A stretch of DNA of 64,000 nt from an uncultured Thermococci archaeon (GTDB lineage Archaea > CAYQAE01 > CAYVLA01). The stretch spans positions 88,485-152,484 of the forward strand of contig CAZJVP010000051.1 in assembly GCA_964549615.1 (NCBI GenBank), in the 5' to 3' direction. Position 1 is the stretch's first letter. The number at the start of each line of letters is the position of its first letter. Below are positions 47,133 to 58,109 of this stretch, piece by piece. Made by a program: the position numbers and the translations under genes. The notes beneath the pieces were generated by a model. The model was not told the DNA's origin and did not search any database. It saw only the letters and a program-made list of their open reading frames with translations.

Positions 47133-48974
47133 ATGCGGGAGATGGTGAGTCTAGACGGAATCTGGAAGTTCTGCCCAGCATTCACGGAGCTGAATGCAAA
47201 CCAGCGTTTCTTGGGTCCCAATTTCGATCCTTCCAATCCCACGACTGGCCCCACGGGGCAAGGGGACGTAGGATGGATTGAGCCGGGCTTCGACGATTCG
47301 GGTTGGCTGGACATCGTGGTTCCGAGCACCTGGAACAAGGCGTTCCCCGATCTCTGGAGCTATGAGGGGCATGGCTGGTACAGAAAAAAAGTCAGGATCC
47401 CCGGAAGGTGGGCGGGACGCAGGGTCGAGTTCACCTGCGAGGCCTCTAACTACTCGACGGTCCTCTACGTGAACGGCCATCGTGCCGGCGTGCACGAGGG
47501 CGGGTATGTGCCGTTCTCCATCCCAATACATCGCTTCCTTAGATTCGGGAAGTCCAATCTCATCGCCGCCTCGGTGGAAAACATCCCGAGGCCGGATCGT
47601 TGCCCCGGCGGCCAGTTCGGCTGGTGGAACTACGGAGGAATATACGGGTCGACGGGCCTTCTCGTGACGGACACGGTCTACATCGCTGAAACGGCGGTGG
47701 CGACGGAGCACAGGAACCGAACGGCGTCCGTCGCGATCCAAAGCACCGTGGTTGAAGAGGAGCCTCAGAAGGCCGGCCCCTTTCTGATCCGCGCTGACCT
47801 AGAGGACGAGCAAGGACGAATGGTTTCGACAGGGTCCTGGGTCCTGGAGTTCCGGGGAGGCGAGGCGAAAGTGAACATGGTCCTTAGGGTGACGAATCCG
47901 AGGCTTTGGTCGCCAGAGGAACCGAACCTTTACCGACTCTGCCTTGAGCTGCGGGAAGGGAAGCGTCGAGTGAGGGATCGCGTCCAGTTTCGAATTGGGA
48001 TAAGGTCCGTGAGAGTCGATGGGACCCGCCTCTTGCTGAACGACAGGCCTTTGCTGGTCAAGGGCGTGAACAGACATCCCGAATACGCGGAGACCGGCCA
48101 TGCCGAGAGAGAAGAGGACCTGAAGAAGGACCTGCTGTTGGTCAAGCAGCTGGGGGCGAATGCGATGCGGTGCCATTATCCGTACTCGCCACGTACCTAT
48201 GAGCTCTGCGACGAGATGGGGATCCTGTGCCTGGCCGAGATTCCGCTCTACCAGTGGGGCAGGCCGGCCGTTCAGACCGATTGCCCGGACGCGCTCAAGG
48301 CGGCCAAGGTTCAGCTCGTCGAGATGATACGCTACCTCAGGAACCATCCGTCAGTATTCATGTGGAGCGTCAGCAACGAGAACATGACCCTGCCGAAGCA
48401 AGATACGGAGGAGTGCCGCCGCTTGGCCGCGATGGTGGTCGCCGGGAACCTCGAGCTCGTTGAGATCGCGCACGAACTCGATCCGACGCGCCCTGTGGTG
48501 GAGGTCAGCAACTGTTGGCCGGGCGACCCGGTCTTTGAGAAAACGGATCTCTGCGCGGTGAACGTCTACATAGGCGCCAGCAGCCCGCACGTTAGCACGC
48601 TATACACCCTTACCGATAGGATGCGCGAGCGCCTGGATGCACTTCGCCACGACCACCCGGACAAACCCATACTGATAGGCGAGTTCGGATGCTGGGCCAT
48701 CAGAGGGCTCAGAACCGACTACTTCCCAGGCGAGCTTTACCAGGCGGCCCTGATCCGCAACTACTGGGAAGCTCTTATGAGGGAGCCCAACGTGGTCGGG
48801 GGGTTCATCTGGTGTTTCCAAGACTCGGATGTACACAGGCGGTTCCTCTGGGACTATGAGTTCCGCGTCGCATACGGCCTCTACGACATCCGGCGCCGTC
48901 CGAAGGAGGCAGCGAGGACCGTCCGGCGGATGTGGGCGCGGCGGCGGGGATCAGCCTTTCCAAGGGTCCAGTAG
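47133..48974 (+). CDS. Glycoside hydrolase family 2 (beta-glucuronidase/galactosidase-like)
   Basis: HEGGY.PF, KGVNRH, R.HYP, RNHPSVFMWSV.NE, GEFG. Confidence 0.92.
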   Translation: MREMVSLDGIWKFCPAFTELNANQRFLGPNFDPSNPTTGPTGQGDVGWIEPGFDDSGWLDIVVPSTWNKAFPDLWSYEGHGWYRKKVRIPGRWAGRRVEFTCEASNYSTVLYVNGHRAGVHEGGYVPFSIPIHRFLRFGKSNLIAASVENIPRPDRCPGGQFGWWNYGGIYGSTGLLVTDTVYIAETAVATEHRNRTASVAIQSTVVEEEPQKAGPFLIRADLEDEQGRMVSTGSWVLEFRGGEAKVNMVLRVTNPRLWSPEEPNLYRLCLELREGKRRVRDRVQFRIGIRSVRVDGTRLLLNDRPLLVKGVNRHPEYAETGHAEREEDLKKDLLLVKQLGANAMRCHYPYSPRTYELCDEMGILCLAEIPLYQWGRPAVQTDCPDALKAAKVQLVEMIRYLRNHPSVFMWSVSNENMTLPKQDTEECRRLAAMVVAGNLELVEIAHELDPTRPVVEVSNCWPGDPVFEKTDLCAVNVYIGASSPHVSTLYTLTDRMRERLDALRHDHPDKPILIGEFGCWAIRGLRTDYFPGELYQAALIRNYWEALMREPNVVGGFIWCFQDSDVHRRFLWDYEFRVAYGLYDIRRRPKEAARTVRRMWARRRGSAFPRVQ

Positions 48975-49967
48975 GGTCTTTAGTGATAGCCTGCCCTTTG
49001 CGGAATCGGGGGAAAGGGCTCTTTGAAGGTTGCGAAAAGAGACGACATCCGTTATGATGTCCGCCAACCTGGGGTTGTCCCTGAGGGCGTTGAGCGCTTG
49101 GGCGAACTGTGCCGGGGTTGATCCCGCCGTGCCGTGCAGCGTGAGCTGTCTGTAATGAACGTAGTTGGAGTCTATCTTCATTCCTTGGGCCAGGCCACCG
49201 AAGAGGTTGACTGTTCCCCCGGGCGCGGTGATTCGTAGGGCAAGATCGTAGGCTTTCGGGTCCGAGCAGGCAATAATCGTGATCTCAGGTGACGGGATTT
49301 CGGCCTCCTCTGAGCCGAAGGCATCTCTGGCGCCATGGGCCAACGAGAATTCCCTTCTGCGAGCATCCGGCTCCAAAACATAGACGTCCCTCGTCAGGCC
49401 GGATGCCATGATCACGAACATTTGTCCCATGGGCCCGGCCCCCAGGACGAGGATCGACTTTCCCCGGTCCACCCGGGACAGTTCCATCCCGTTCAACACG
49501 CAGGAGAGGGGCTCGGCGAGGCAGGCCGTGCGCACGTCAAGTCCCGGCGGAAGCTGTATCACGTTGCCTCTCGAGACAGCCTCTTTGGGGATGGCGACGA
49601 ACTGGGCGAAGCCCCCTTGGAGCTGGTACCCGAACACGCGAACTCTTTGGCAGACGTTGGGGCGACCTCTCCTGCACGGGATGCAGTCGCCGCACCCGAC
49701 GCGAGGAGCTATTCCGACTCGCCTGCCGACCCACTCGCAAAGTGGTCTGGAGGCATCAACGATCTCTCCGATGATCTCATGCCCGATGATCTTCCTCTCC
49801 CCCACCTGGGCTGATGCCAGCTGGCGCCTGTCGCTGCCGCAAACCCCGCAGTAGAGGGTCTTCAGGAGAAGCCCATCACCGGGACCGGGCCGAGCCGTCC
49901 TCCGCGTCACCATCCTCCCGGGCCCCACGACGAAGGATGCAATCATGCTTTCCGCCTTCTTCCTCAT
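48951..49967 (-). CDS. Zn-dependent alcohol/sugar-alcohol dehydrogenase
   Basis: CGVCGSD, GHE, CGDC.PC......C, EPLSC, GAGPMG. Confidence 0.9.
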   Translation of the reverse strand: MRKKAESMIASFVVGPGRMVTRRTARPGPGDGLLLKTLYCGVCGSDRRQLASAQVGERKIIGHEIIGEIVDASRPLCEWVGRRVGIAPRVGCGDCIPCRRGRPNVCQRVRVFGYQLQGGFAQFVAIPKEAVSRGNVIQLPPGLDVRTACLAEPLSCVLNGMELSRVDRGKSILVLGAGPMGQMFVIMASGLTRDVYVLEPDARRREFSLAHGARDAFGSEEAEIPSPEITIIACSDPKAYDLALRITAPGGTVNLFGGLAQGMKIDSNYVHYRQLTLHGTAGSTPAQFAQALNALRDNPRLADIITDVVSFRNLQRALSPDSAKGRLSLKTLLDPWKG

Positions 49968-49977
49968 ATGCTGAGAC

Positions 49978-51654
49978 CTACCCGGGCTCCCTTATGACGA
50001 GCCTCTGATTCGCCCGCACCGATTCCAGGAGGCTGACCTCACCGCTGGGCCACAACACCCTAACGGACTCGACGAGATCGGAGTTGCCTAGGCCAAAGAA
50101 TTGTTCGAAGGTGTCCTGCATATGTCCCCTTCCCCCACAAACCTCGCGCACCTGTACCCCTGCTGCCGAGACCAGTTCGATCCGCGCGCCCACGGCATCT
50201 CGATTGCTGCGGCTCCCCACAAGCTTCACTTTTATCCAGTTGCCCGGGGTATTGTCGTTCCGAAAGAGCGTGTTGGGACGATCGCTGAACACGATATACA
50301 GGTCCAGATCCCCGTCGTTGTCATAGTCGAGGAATCCTGCAGCCTTCGGATCGCCCGGGATATCGGCGAGCCCCACTATCCTTGCGACTTCGCGAAACCT
50401 CGCATCCCCCGCGTTCGCGAAGAGCAGGTCCTGCCCTGCAGATGTCAGGAAGGCGTCAAGGTCCCCGTCGTTGTCGAAATCGCCGCATGCCATGGCATGT
50501 GTCCTCTCGGCAGGGTGCCAAGTGCCAGACCTCTTCGTTGCATCCCTGAACCTGCCGTGCCCATCGTTCAGCAAGAAGTTGAGCTTGGAACCCTTGGCTG
50601 CATCTGGTGCAAAAAGGTCGAGATAGCCGTCGCCGTTGAAGTCTGCAAATGCTGCGCCGTGGAGGTCTCCCTTCAGCAGGCCAACGGATGCCGCGACGTC
50701 GACGAATGTGCCGAGCCCGGTGTTCTTGTAGAACTGATTGGGCGCGTCCTTGTCCCCGTCCTCAGGATCGGAGTTGGAAACCATGATGTCGATGAAGCCG
50801 TCAAGGTCAAGATCGATGGTGGACTGGAAGTGGGGCCTCACGCCGACCCTCATGCCCGATCTTTCGGAGTAGTCCTCGAAGGTGCCATCCCCCCTATTAC
50901 GCAGCAAAATGCAGGCCTCCTCCGCGCTTGATGCAAACAGGTCGATCAGGCCGTCGCGGTCGAAGTCTAGGACCGTGCATCCGTGGCTTCCCCCCGGCCT
51001 GAACCTGGATATCCCCGATTCCTGGTTGACGTTGGTGAAGGTCCCGTCCCCGTTGTTGCGGTAGAGCACGTTAGGGTCCCGGTTCTCGACCCAGTTAGCC
51101 ACCCAGATGTCCAGATCCCCGTCGTTGTCGTAGTCGACGAAGGCTGCGCCATGCCCCCCTCCACGATCCCCTGCGCCCGAAACCTCCGTGACGTCGGTGA
51201 AGGTTCCGTCCCCGTTATTTCGAAAAAGTACGTTTGGTCCCGCCTTGTTGACCACGTAGATGTCGACATACCCATCTGCGTCGTAGTCGCCCAACGCAAG
51301 CCCGTGGCCTGACCCCTGGCATCCTACCCCTGCCTCGGCCGTGACGTCGACGAACACCGTCTTGCCCGTCCATTCCGCCGGGGGCCGAGGCGCGGCCACG
51401 AGGCTTAAGATCACCAAGCTGCCGATGATCGCCGCTGAGGCTACGCCAACCAGACGATACACTTTGGCCTTACGTCCGGCCGGTTCGTGGGGCTTCTGCG
51501 GCGCACTCGAGCAGGAGTGCTTGCTGGGAGATGCGTGGTCATGGCAGTAAGCATTCCCGCAAAGCCTGCAGCGGCTTGGCTTGAAGAGCAGTCTGCCGCA
51601 CTTTGCACACCTGGCTTTGCCGCTTTCGTCAGAAGCTGCTCTCCGCTGCATCAT
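49978..51654 (-). CDS. CRTAC1/ASPIC-UnbV FG-GAP protein with N-terminal AN1-type zinc finger and TM
   Basis: CAKC..CRLC...YCHDH...HSC, TM helix, DYDNDGDLD repeats, SNRDAVGARI, FGLG..V.WPSG. Confidence 0.9.
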   Translation of the reverse strand: MMQRRAASDESGKARCAKCGRLLFKPSRCRLCGNAYCHDHASPSKHSCSSAPQKPHEPAGRKAKVYRLVGVASAAIIGSLVILSLVAAPRPPAEWTGKTVFVDVTAEAGVGCQGSGHGLALGDYDADGYVDIYVVNKAGPNVLFRNNGDGTFTDVTEVSGAGDRGGGHGAAFVDYDNDGDLDIWVANWVENRDPNVLYRNNGDGTFTNVNQESGISRFRPGGSHGCTVLDFDRDGLIDLFASSAEEACILLRNRGDGTFEDYSERSGMRVGVRPHFQSTIDLDLDGFIDIMVSNSDPEDGDKDAPNQFYKNTGLGTFVDVAASVGLLKGDLHGAAFADFNGDGYLDLFAPDAAKGSKLNFLLNDGHGRFRDATKRSGTWHPAERTHAMACGDFDNDGDLDAFLTSAGQDLLFANAGDARFREVARIVGLADIPGDPKAAGFLDYDNDGDLDLYIVFSDRPNTLFRNDNTPGNWIKVKLVGSRSNRDAVGARIELVSAAGVQVREVCGGRGHMQDTFEQFFGLGNSDLVESVRVLWPSGEVSLLESVRANQRLVIREPG

Positions 51655-51841
51655 CGCGAGGACGGTCGTCTGAGACTTATTGAATGTGACGGGCTTGCCC
51701 CTCTGTGTTGATGGCCTTCAAGGAGGAGCTCGGGGACAGATGCTGGAAGGGGTCGTGCTACCGCGATGGGAGAATACACGATTTCCCTGAGAGACATCCG
51801 GGCGGCCTCAGGTGACGAAACTGCCTCATCGATACACATTG

Positions 51842-52705
51842 TCAGGGCGCCTTCAGGTGCTGGCCCAGCCATGACATAACTCTGGGCACAACCTTGTCCA
51901 TCGGCAGTCCGTGGCCCGCGTCGTACCAGTCGACCTCCTTGGGCTCCTTCGCCGCCTCAAAGAGCATTCGTCCCGTCTCGGCGGGGACTATGTCATCCTT
52001 CTTGCCGAGCTGGAACAGGACGGGCCTCGGGCTGATCAGGTCGACGAAGTTGATGGGATCGACGGGTGCCATGACGCGGGCAAGCTTCTCAGCGTCGACC
52101 TTCAGCTGCCTCAGCGCCTTCCCGTCCTTATGTTGGCTCTTGGCCACCAGCACCGCCCAGTTGCCCCCGGCCACCAACAGAGCCGAGGCCCTTATTCTCT
52201 TCTCGACAGCCGCGAGCAGCGTCCCGAGGATCCCACCCATACTGCCGCCCAGCAGTCCGATTCGGTCGGGGTCGATCTCTTTCCTTGACTGCAGGAAGTC
52301 CACGGCCCTTCTGCCATCGATGACCGTCTGGATCATCGCGTCCCTATCGCTGTAGACGTACTGCGAGTAGATATTCCTGTTTCTGGGATTTCGGTCTCCG
52401 TGATACTGGCAGTCGATGGCTATCCCGGCATAGCCGGCACCGACAAGCAGGGGGGCGATCGAGCCGATGTCCTTCTTGCTTCCGCCCCTGCCGTGAAGGA
52501 ATACCAGGCCCGGAAAAGGGCCTTTCCCCTTCGGCCGGACGTAGATCGAAGGAACGAGCTGGTCATGGGCGGACTCCAGCTTGACGTCGAAGGCTATGTG
52601 AGATCCATAGTCCTTAAGTTCGGAAACCTCCGTCAGGAATGGCAGATCCCGATCGTACTCGTAGAACTCAAGGTACGCTTTCCTTGTCGCCTCATCAAGG
52701 GGCAT
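51842..52705 (-). CDS. Alpha/beta hydrolase (esterase-like)
   Basis: LHG.GG, GGSMGG nucleophile elbow, DDIVP, GH. Confidence 0.88.
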   Translation of the reverse strand: MPLDEATRKAYLEFYEYDRDLPFLTEVSELKDYGSHIAFDVKLESAHDQLVPSIYVRPKGKGPFPGLVFLHGRGGSKKDIGSIAPLLVGAGYAGIAIDCQYHGDRNPRNRNIYSQYVYSDRDAMIQTVIDGRRAVDFLQSRKEIDPDRIGLLGGSMGGILGTLLAAVEKRIRASALLVAGGNWAVLVAKSQHKDGKALRQLKVDAEKLARVMAPVDPINFVDLISPRPVLFQLGKKDDIVPAETGRMLFEAAKEPKEVDWYDAGHGLPMDKVVPRVMSWLGQHLKAP

Positions 52706-52912
52706 GGGCACAGTCGCCCGCTTTTCCAGATAAATGATGGCCCTGCAACGGCCACGGAGTCTCGGGCACATCGTGGAATCGGTCGGGATCATGGTTCGTT
52801 GGTTGACAGTCGGATCCTTCCCGGCACTGGTTCGAAGCGGCCCTTGACCGCATATTCTCGGCCCGCCCATGTGGCTGGGGGTCGTCTAGGCTTTCCCCGG
52901 GCGTCGAACACG

Positions 52913-52943
52913 GACCCGGGCCCAGCGGGTGAGGCCCCGGGTC
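52913..52943. terminator. GC hairpin just downstream of GH38 stop (possible terminator or RNA stem)
   Basis: gacccggg...cccgggtc 8-bp stem. Confidence 0.35.
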
Positions 52944-52946
52944 CCG

Positions 52947-55778
52947 CTAGACGTCAAGCTCCAGTGTCTTGATCTTCTTCCGCGGAACCGCGAAGGCCAC
53001 GCTCGAGCCTACTGGCCGGAGCTTCTCCCTCCTCTCCTCATTCATGTTCGTCAGCCAGGCGCCCTTGATGCGCTTGTACGCCGTCACCCTCGCCCTCAGG
53101 TCCTTGCTCGTTGGGTTGAAGATCCTCATGATCACGGTATCCCTGTCCTCGCATTTCTTCAGCGCGCTGATGGCGAGCCCGCGAGGCTCAATGGAGAAGA
53201 AGCTCATCTTCCAGGGCAGGCTGCCCTCATGCCTGCCCGCCTGCCCGACCTCCAATGTCAGGTTGAAGGCGTCGGCTTGACAGTGCACGTCCGCGTCCTC
53301 CCACGTCCCCTCGTGGGGGTAGATCGCGTATCTCCACTCGTTCTCGCCAAGGGACTGCGACAGGAGCATCTCGGGGTATATGTCCCACCTATCGATGATG
53401 GGTGAGTTCCTGAAGACGTATCCTCTCAGCAGGGTCAGGTAGAGGGTTCTATCCTCGTCGTCCTTGGCTTCATACTCCCTTATGCCGTCGTTGATCAGCG
53501 CGAGCCCGATCTTTCCGTCGCTCACGTCGACGAATCTGTGGTTTGGATACTGCGGGTTGTCTCGGTTGTAGTACGGGTTGCTCGGGGTCCTGATGATCTC
53601 GCGGCTCACCACATCGAACGCGCTCTCCGCGCAGGAATGCGTCGCGGGTATCCCGAGCGGGAAGGCGACCCTGAGCCTGTGGTTCTTGCACTGGTTGTCG
53701 AGCTTCGTATGGACTTCGAGGTACTTGCTCCCCTTGCGTAGGGTGAACCAGGAACGGACGAGGAGTTCCTTGCGGGTCTCCGATCTCCTCGTGGAGGGCC
53801 TCGTAGGGTCGGAGGCTGCCGGCGGGCGCCGCGGGGAGATGCCCTGCTCGTGCTGGACGATATCCTCGGGGATCATCATCCGGTACTCGACTCGATACCG
53901 TGCGACCAGGGGTCCTCTTTCCTCCAGCGCGATCTCCGCCGGGGTGCCGAGGCTTGTGATCACCTCGTCGAAGTCGGGGGACATGTGTATCCACGAGTGC
54001 CCGGTTTCCCCACCGTCCTCCAGGTAGTGCAGTCCATGGAAAGTGTGTCCGCTGGCCTTATGCGTTAGGTCGATCGTGCCGTTGTCGTTGATCTTCACCT
54101 TGAGGTACTCGTTCTCCATCTCGTTGGTTCTGGGAACCATGGTTTCCATGGTCCCTTCCTCCAGCTCCTCGTGTCTCACGTGGTATGTCTTGTAGCCCAG
54201 CGGCGGTACGTCCTCAGCGAAGAAGTGGAGCTTGACCCTCTCCGACCGGAGTTCCAGGCTGATGTCTTGGAGGTTCCTGACGAGGTTTCCGTAGGGAAAG
54301 CTTGCGACCTTCTGGAACCGGGCCTTGGTCCCGTCCGCGTCGACGATGGAGAATGCCCTGTAGAAGCACTCGTAGGGAAGGTCCAGGAATATGGTGACGA
54401 CCTCGGATCTCGGGAAGGGAGAGGGGTTGAAGACGGTAAGGACCGAGTCCTTGATGTCGATATTGGACGTGTCGATCTGCTTCTGGATCGCTTGGAACCC
54501 CCTTCTCATCAGTCCCTGGGACAGGATCCGGATCTGGTCGTATCGGTACATCATGTCCTTCTCCATCTGGTCCACCCCGGCCCCGCAGATCGTGTCGTGG
54601 GGATGGTTCTTCAGGAGGTACTTCCACGCCATGTCCAAGGGCCCCTTGAGATATTCCTGGCCCAGGGTCATGGCAATTGTCTGGAAGGGCTCGGCCCATC
54701 TCTGCAGTTCGTTCTCGGCATAGTTATTGGCCCTCTTGATCCTTGGCCTGCTGGAGATCACATCTCCCATCAGGTGGGTCCACTTGACGGTCGCCCCGGG
54801 ATCCCGGCTCTCGCCCTTGATGACCTCTACCTTCCTGTCCTTGATGGCTTCCTTCAGCTTGTTCATGTATTGCTCGAGGCTGCTCTGGATGATGACGTGT
54901 CTGTCCCCGAGTACCTTCTGGGACTCCTCGATTATCTTGCGCTCCAGCGGATCTGGCGATGAGGAGTCAAATCCCTGCATGCAGGCGATGTACTTGGTCG
55001 TGAAGTGTTTGGATTCATCTCGGATGAGGCGTTCCAGGCACGCTGGGAGCTTCTCCCACTGCAGGAGCTTCTTTGAAGGGTCCAGTATGTACCAGTGTGC
55101 CCTGGGGTGGGTCTCGTTGCAGAGCTTGAATGGCAGAGCGCCCCTGTCCCAGTCATACCACCACTCGTCCCTGCTCATGTTGTGCCTCAGCACCCTGTAG
55201 ACGTAGAAGTAGTAGCTGAAGCGGGACAGGCAGCCGAACCGGGTGCCAACGACCCGCGACCCATCCGCGCCCTCCATGATGAACTCGGAATGCTTGGTGT
55301 TGATGCCCCGGTAGAAGATGATCGTGTCGATGTCAAAACCGCGGTAGATCTGGGGCATCTGAGAACACTGCCCGTAGGAGAAGGGCGTGTACCCGACCTT
55401 CATCACCTTCCCATAGGACTGTGCGGCCCGATGGCCGATGAGGAGGTTTCTGACCAGCGACTCTGCGTTGACTATGTACTCCTCTGGGAGGCTGTACCAC
55501 GGCCCGATCTGAAGCCTTCCGGACTTGACATGCTTCTCGATCCTCGGCCTTTCATGCGGCTTCATCTCGACGTAATCGTCAACGCAGAGGACCTGCGAAT
55601 CCATCAGGAATGAGTGGAAATCCGGTTGGCTGTCCAGAAGGTCCAGAAGGTCGTCCATGAACTCGACGAGGAGCAACCGCGTTTCGGCAGACGGATAGAC
55701 CCATTCTCGATCCCAATGAGTGTTGCAGATCACGTGGATCTCTTTCTTGGGCAGATCGTCGGCAACCATCGATGCCAC
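52947..55778 (-). CDS. Glycoside hydrolase family 38 (alpha-mannosidase/MngB-like), atypical active site
   Basis: THWDREW, IGPWY, ESLVRNL, HDTICG, LTLLR; PFSYG in place of PDSFG. Confidence 0.92.
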   Translation of the reverse strand: MASMVADDLPKKEIHVICNTHWDREWVYPSAETRLLLVEFMDDLLDLLDSQPDFHSFLMDSQVLCVDDYVEMKPHERPRIEKHVKSGRLQIGPWYSLPEEYIVNAESLVRNLLIGHRAAQSYGKVMKVGYTPFSYGQCSQMPQIYRGFDIDTIIFYRGINTKHSEFIMEGADGSRVVGTRFGCLSRFSYYFYVYRVLRHNMSRDEWWYDWDRGALPFKLCNETHPRAHWYILDPSKKLLQWEKLPACLERLIRDESKHFTTKYIACMQGFDSSSPDPLERKIIEESQKVLGDRHVIIQSSLEQYMNKLKEAIKDRKVEVIKGESRDPGATVKWTHLMGDVISSRPRIKRANNYAENELQRWAEPFQTIAMTLGQEYLKGPLDMAWKYLLKNHPHDTICGAGVDQMEKDMMYRYDQIRILSQGLMRRGFQAIQKQIDTSNIDIKDSVLTVFNPSPFPRSEVVTIFLDLPYECFYRAFSIVDADGTKARFQKVASFPYGNLVRNLQDISLELRSERVKLHFFAEDVPPLGYKTYHVRHEELEEGTMETMVPRTNEMENEYLKVKINDNGTIDLTHKASGHTFHGLHYLEDGGETGHSWIHMSPDFDEVITSLGTPAEIALEERGPLVARYRVEYRMMIPEDIVQHEQGISPRRPPAASDPTRPSTRRSETRKELLVRSWFTLRKGSKYLEVHTKLDNQCKNHRLRVAFPLGIPATHSCAESAFDVVSREIIRTPSNPYYNRDNPQYPNHRFVDVSDGKIGLALINDGIREYEAKDDEDRTLYLTLLRGYVFRNSPIIDRWDIYPEMLLSQSLGENEWRYAIYPHEGTWEDADVHCQADAFNLTLEVGQAGRHEGSLPWKMSFFSIEPRGLAISALKKCEDRDTVIMRIFNPTSKDLRARVTAYKRIKGAWLTNMNEERREKLRPVGSSVAFAVPRKKIKTLELDV

Positions 55779-55964
55779 CGTTTTCGTCCTTAGCCCGCCG
55801 GTTATCTCAAAAATTTATTGCCGTTCTGTCCTTGGCGCGGGAAATCCAGGCTTGTCGCTTGCCTGCGGCGTCGAACTGGTTCGACTCGTGGCCGGTTCAG
55901 GAATCAAGAGACGTAAAGGCAATGGTAAGCTTCAAAAGGCCTGAAGTGAGGATCGCCTTCCGGC

Positions 55965-58109
55965 ATGCAAGGCACCGCTTGCCCCACCTTCGCTCCGCAT
56001 GGTGAAAGATCGTTTGCGTCTTCCCCTCTATTCCTCATCCCATGCCTGGTGACGGTGCTGGCCGTCTCAACCTGCCAGGTAAGGTGCGAGTTTTCAGCCA
56101 GGAGCCTCAGCAACATCGGCATCTACCAGGGTCTCTTTGAGTCAAACGTGAGCATCGTTCAACCCATACTGGGGATACCCGCCCGGTTGGAGCCCGGCGA
56201 TGACCTCGAGATACGCGTCGTTCTGCACGCGGATGTCGAGGGCGACTGGTTCGCGACGATCTCAAGGTTCGGACGCGTCATGACTCTGACCCTCCTGGAT
56301 ACTTTTCCCTCGGACCGGTCGTGGCTCCTTCGAGCCTCAATTTCGCCTGATGCTGCGCCGGGTCTCTATGACCTGACCGTCGGGAAGGGTGTCATCATGG
56401 ATCTTGAGAGGCACGCGGTATCGATCGGTTACGACCATGATCGGCTTACCCTAGTTCACGTCACCGACGTTCATGTGGATCGCCCCGAGCCGGACGGCCT
56501 GGGCACCATCATGCACACCGTGGAGGTGATCAACCTGGTGCGTCCTGACCTGGTCGTCGTCACGGGAGACTTCCAGGATCCCGGCCAAGCCCAACAGATG
56601 AAGGAGTTCGCAACCAGATTCCTATTGAATCTGGATGTCCCTGCGTACATCACTCCCGGGAACCACGAGTTCAAGGACGACCCGCAGTCATACTACACAT
56701 ACCTCAATCCTTACCCGGACTACGCCTTCGACTTCGGCCCTGCCCGGTTCATATCGCTCAACCAGTACCAGACGTACCCTTTCTTCATCGACCAGATTGC
56801 CTTCCTTGATGCCGAGGTCTCCCGCCCGCGCAGTGGCCCGACGATAATTCTCTTGCATGATCCATACTCGTTCCGGTCGTACGCCCGCGGGAACTTCACG
56901 CTCATGCTAGCCGGCCACACCCACCAGAACGACGCGGTCGATATCCGATTGAGCCTGGAACTGGGCTACTCGGTCATGCCCAACGCCATACCCGACGGGC
57001 CACTACTGCTGGTCACCGAGACCGCCAGAAGGGCCATCAGGATCATCACCTTCCGGCAACGCATCGTGGCCTGTTCCTACGATCCAAGCAAGCTCAAGAC
57101 CCCCGTTCCCGTAGCTGGGGTGAGCATAGATGTCAGTCCCAGGGACGGGACCTCCAACTATCAGAGGCTGGATGTCAAGAACGAGCTCCAGATGACCATA
57201 CGGAACACATCATGGACTTTCAACCTTTCGAATCCCGGCAACGGCTGGACGGCCGCGATGCTGGGGGCGGAGCTGGAGGAAGAGGGATCCTTCGGGCAAC
57301 ACTCGCTCTACCGAGCCCGCTTCGATCTTCCCAGCATGAGCCTGACGACCGTGGAGTGCGTCAATATCGTCCCGACCGACGAGGAATCCCGTGAAATCCT
57401 AAGCCAGATGATCGGGCAGGGCATGCAGAGTCTGGATGCTGTATGCTCCATCCTTCGCGACCACGGGGTCGATCCGGGGGCGATTGAGCAAAGCCTCCGG
57501 GAAGGCTTCGCGGCAGCGCGCCTTGCCTGTGAGGCCGCCAATTGGACTTGGGCCGCCGTGGAGTTTTCGAGGTCGGACTGGGCGCGTGGCCTTCTGGCAG
57601 ATCTTGCCGCCGGGCTCAAGGAGGCCGCCGCCAAGCTGGTGCAGAAGGAGGTGGGCGGGCTTATGGTTGGGCCAGTGAGAGCCTGGCTGGGCGAGGCCAT
57701 GGAGGCCATCGAGTCCGGGGACTGCAAGTCCGCTGATGTGTGCCTTCACAGGATACTGGCGCTGGGGGAGGAGGAGTGGCTCCTTGCTGACGCGATCGCG
57801 CGGGCGGGGGTCGCGCTCGCCCTGGCCCAGGCATCTGGGCAGGATGTTACGGGGCCGGAGGGCGAACTGCAAGGCGTGTTTGAGCTTTTCCATCGGGGAG
57901 AGTATGTGCTCTCAAGGGATGGATTGAGGAGGATCTACGCGGCCTGGCCGCAGTTGTTCGCCGCGCCGGAACCCACAGGCTCCAACTTTGTGGCCGTTCT
58001 CCTTTCCTTCGCGTGCTTCGTCGGGATGCGGGGGGCGTTTTGTGGCGGTCGGTGCAGGAGGTTGGTGTCCTCTTGGGCGGTCCCGGCAGGAAACGGACGA
58101 TCGCGGTGA
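55965..58109 (+). CDS. Secreted calcineurin-like metallophosphoesterase with helical stalk and C-terminal anchor
   Basis: DVH, GD, GNHE, H, GHTH motifs; APEP followed by TM and Arg-rich tail. Confidence 0.85.
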   Translation: MQGTACPTFAPHGERSFASSPLFLIPCLVTVLAVSTCQVRCEFSARSLSNIGIYQGLFESNVSIVQPILGIPARLEPGDDLEIRVVLHADVEGDWFATISRFGRVMTLTLLDTFPSDRSWLLRASISPDAAPGLYDLTVGKGVIMDLERHAVSIGYDHDRLTLVHVTDVHVDRPEPDGLGTIMHTVEVINLVRPDLVVVTGDFQDPGQAQQMKEFATRFLLNLDVPAYITPGNHEFKDDPQSYYTYLNPYPDYAFDFGPARFISLNQYQTYPFFIDQIAFLDAEVSRPRSGPTIILLHDPYSFRSYARGNFTLMLAGHTHQNDAVDIRLSLELGYSVMPNAIPDGPLLLVTETARRAIRIITFRQRIVACSYDPSKLKTPVPVAGVSIDVSPRDGTSNYQRLDVKNELQMTIRNTSWTFNLSNPGNGWTAAMLGAELEEEGSFGQHSLYRARFDLPSMSLTTVECVNIVPTDEESREILSQMIGQGMQSLDAVCSILRDHGVDPGAIEQSLREGFAAARLACEAANWTWAAVEFSRSDWARGLLADLAAGLKEAAAKLVQKEVGGLMVGPVRAWLGEAMEAIESGDCKSADVCLHRILALGEEEWLLADAIARAGVALALAQASGQDVTGPEGELQGVFELFHRGEYVLSRDGLRRIYAAWPQLFAAPEPTGSNFVAVLLSFACFVGMRGAFCGGRCRRLVSSWAVPAGNGRSR

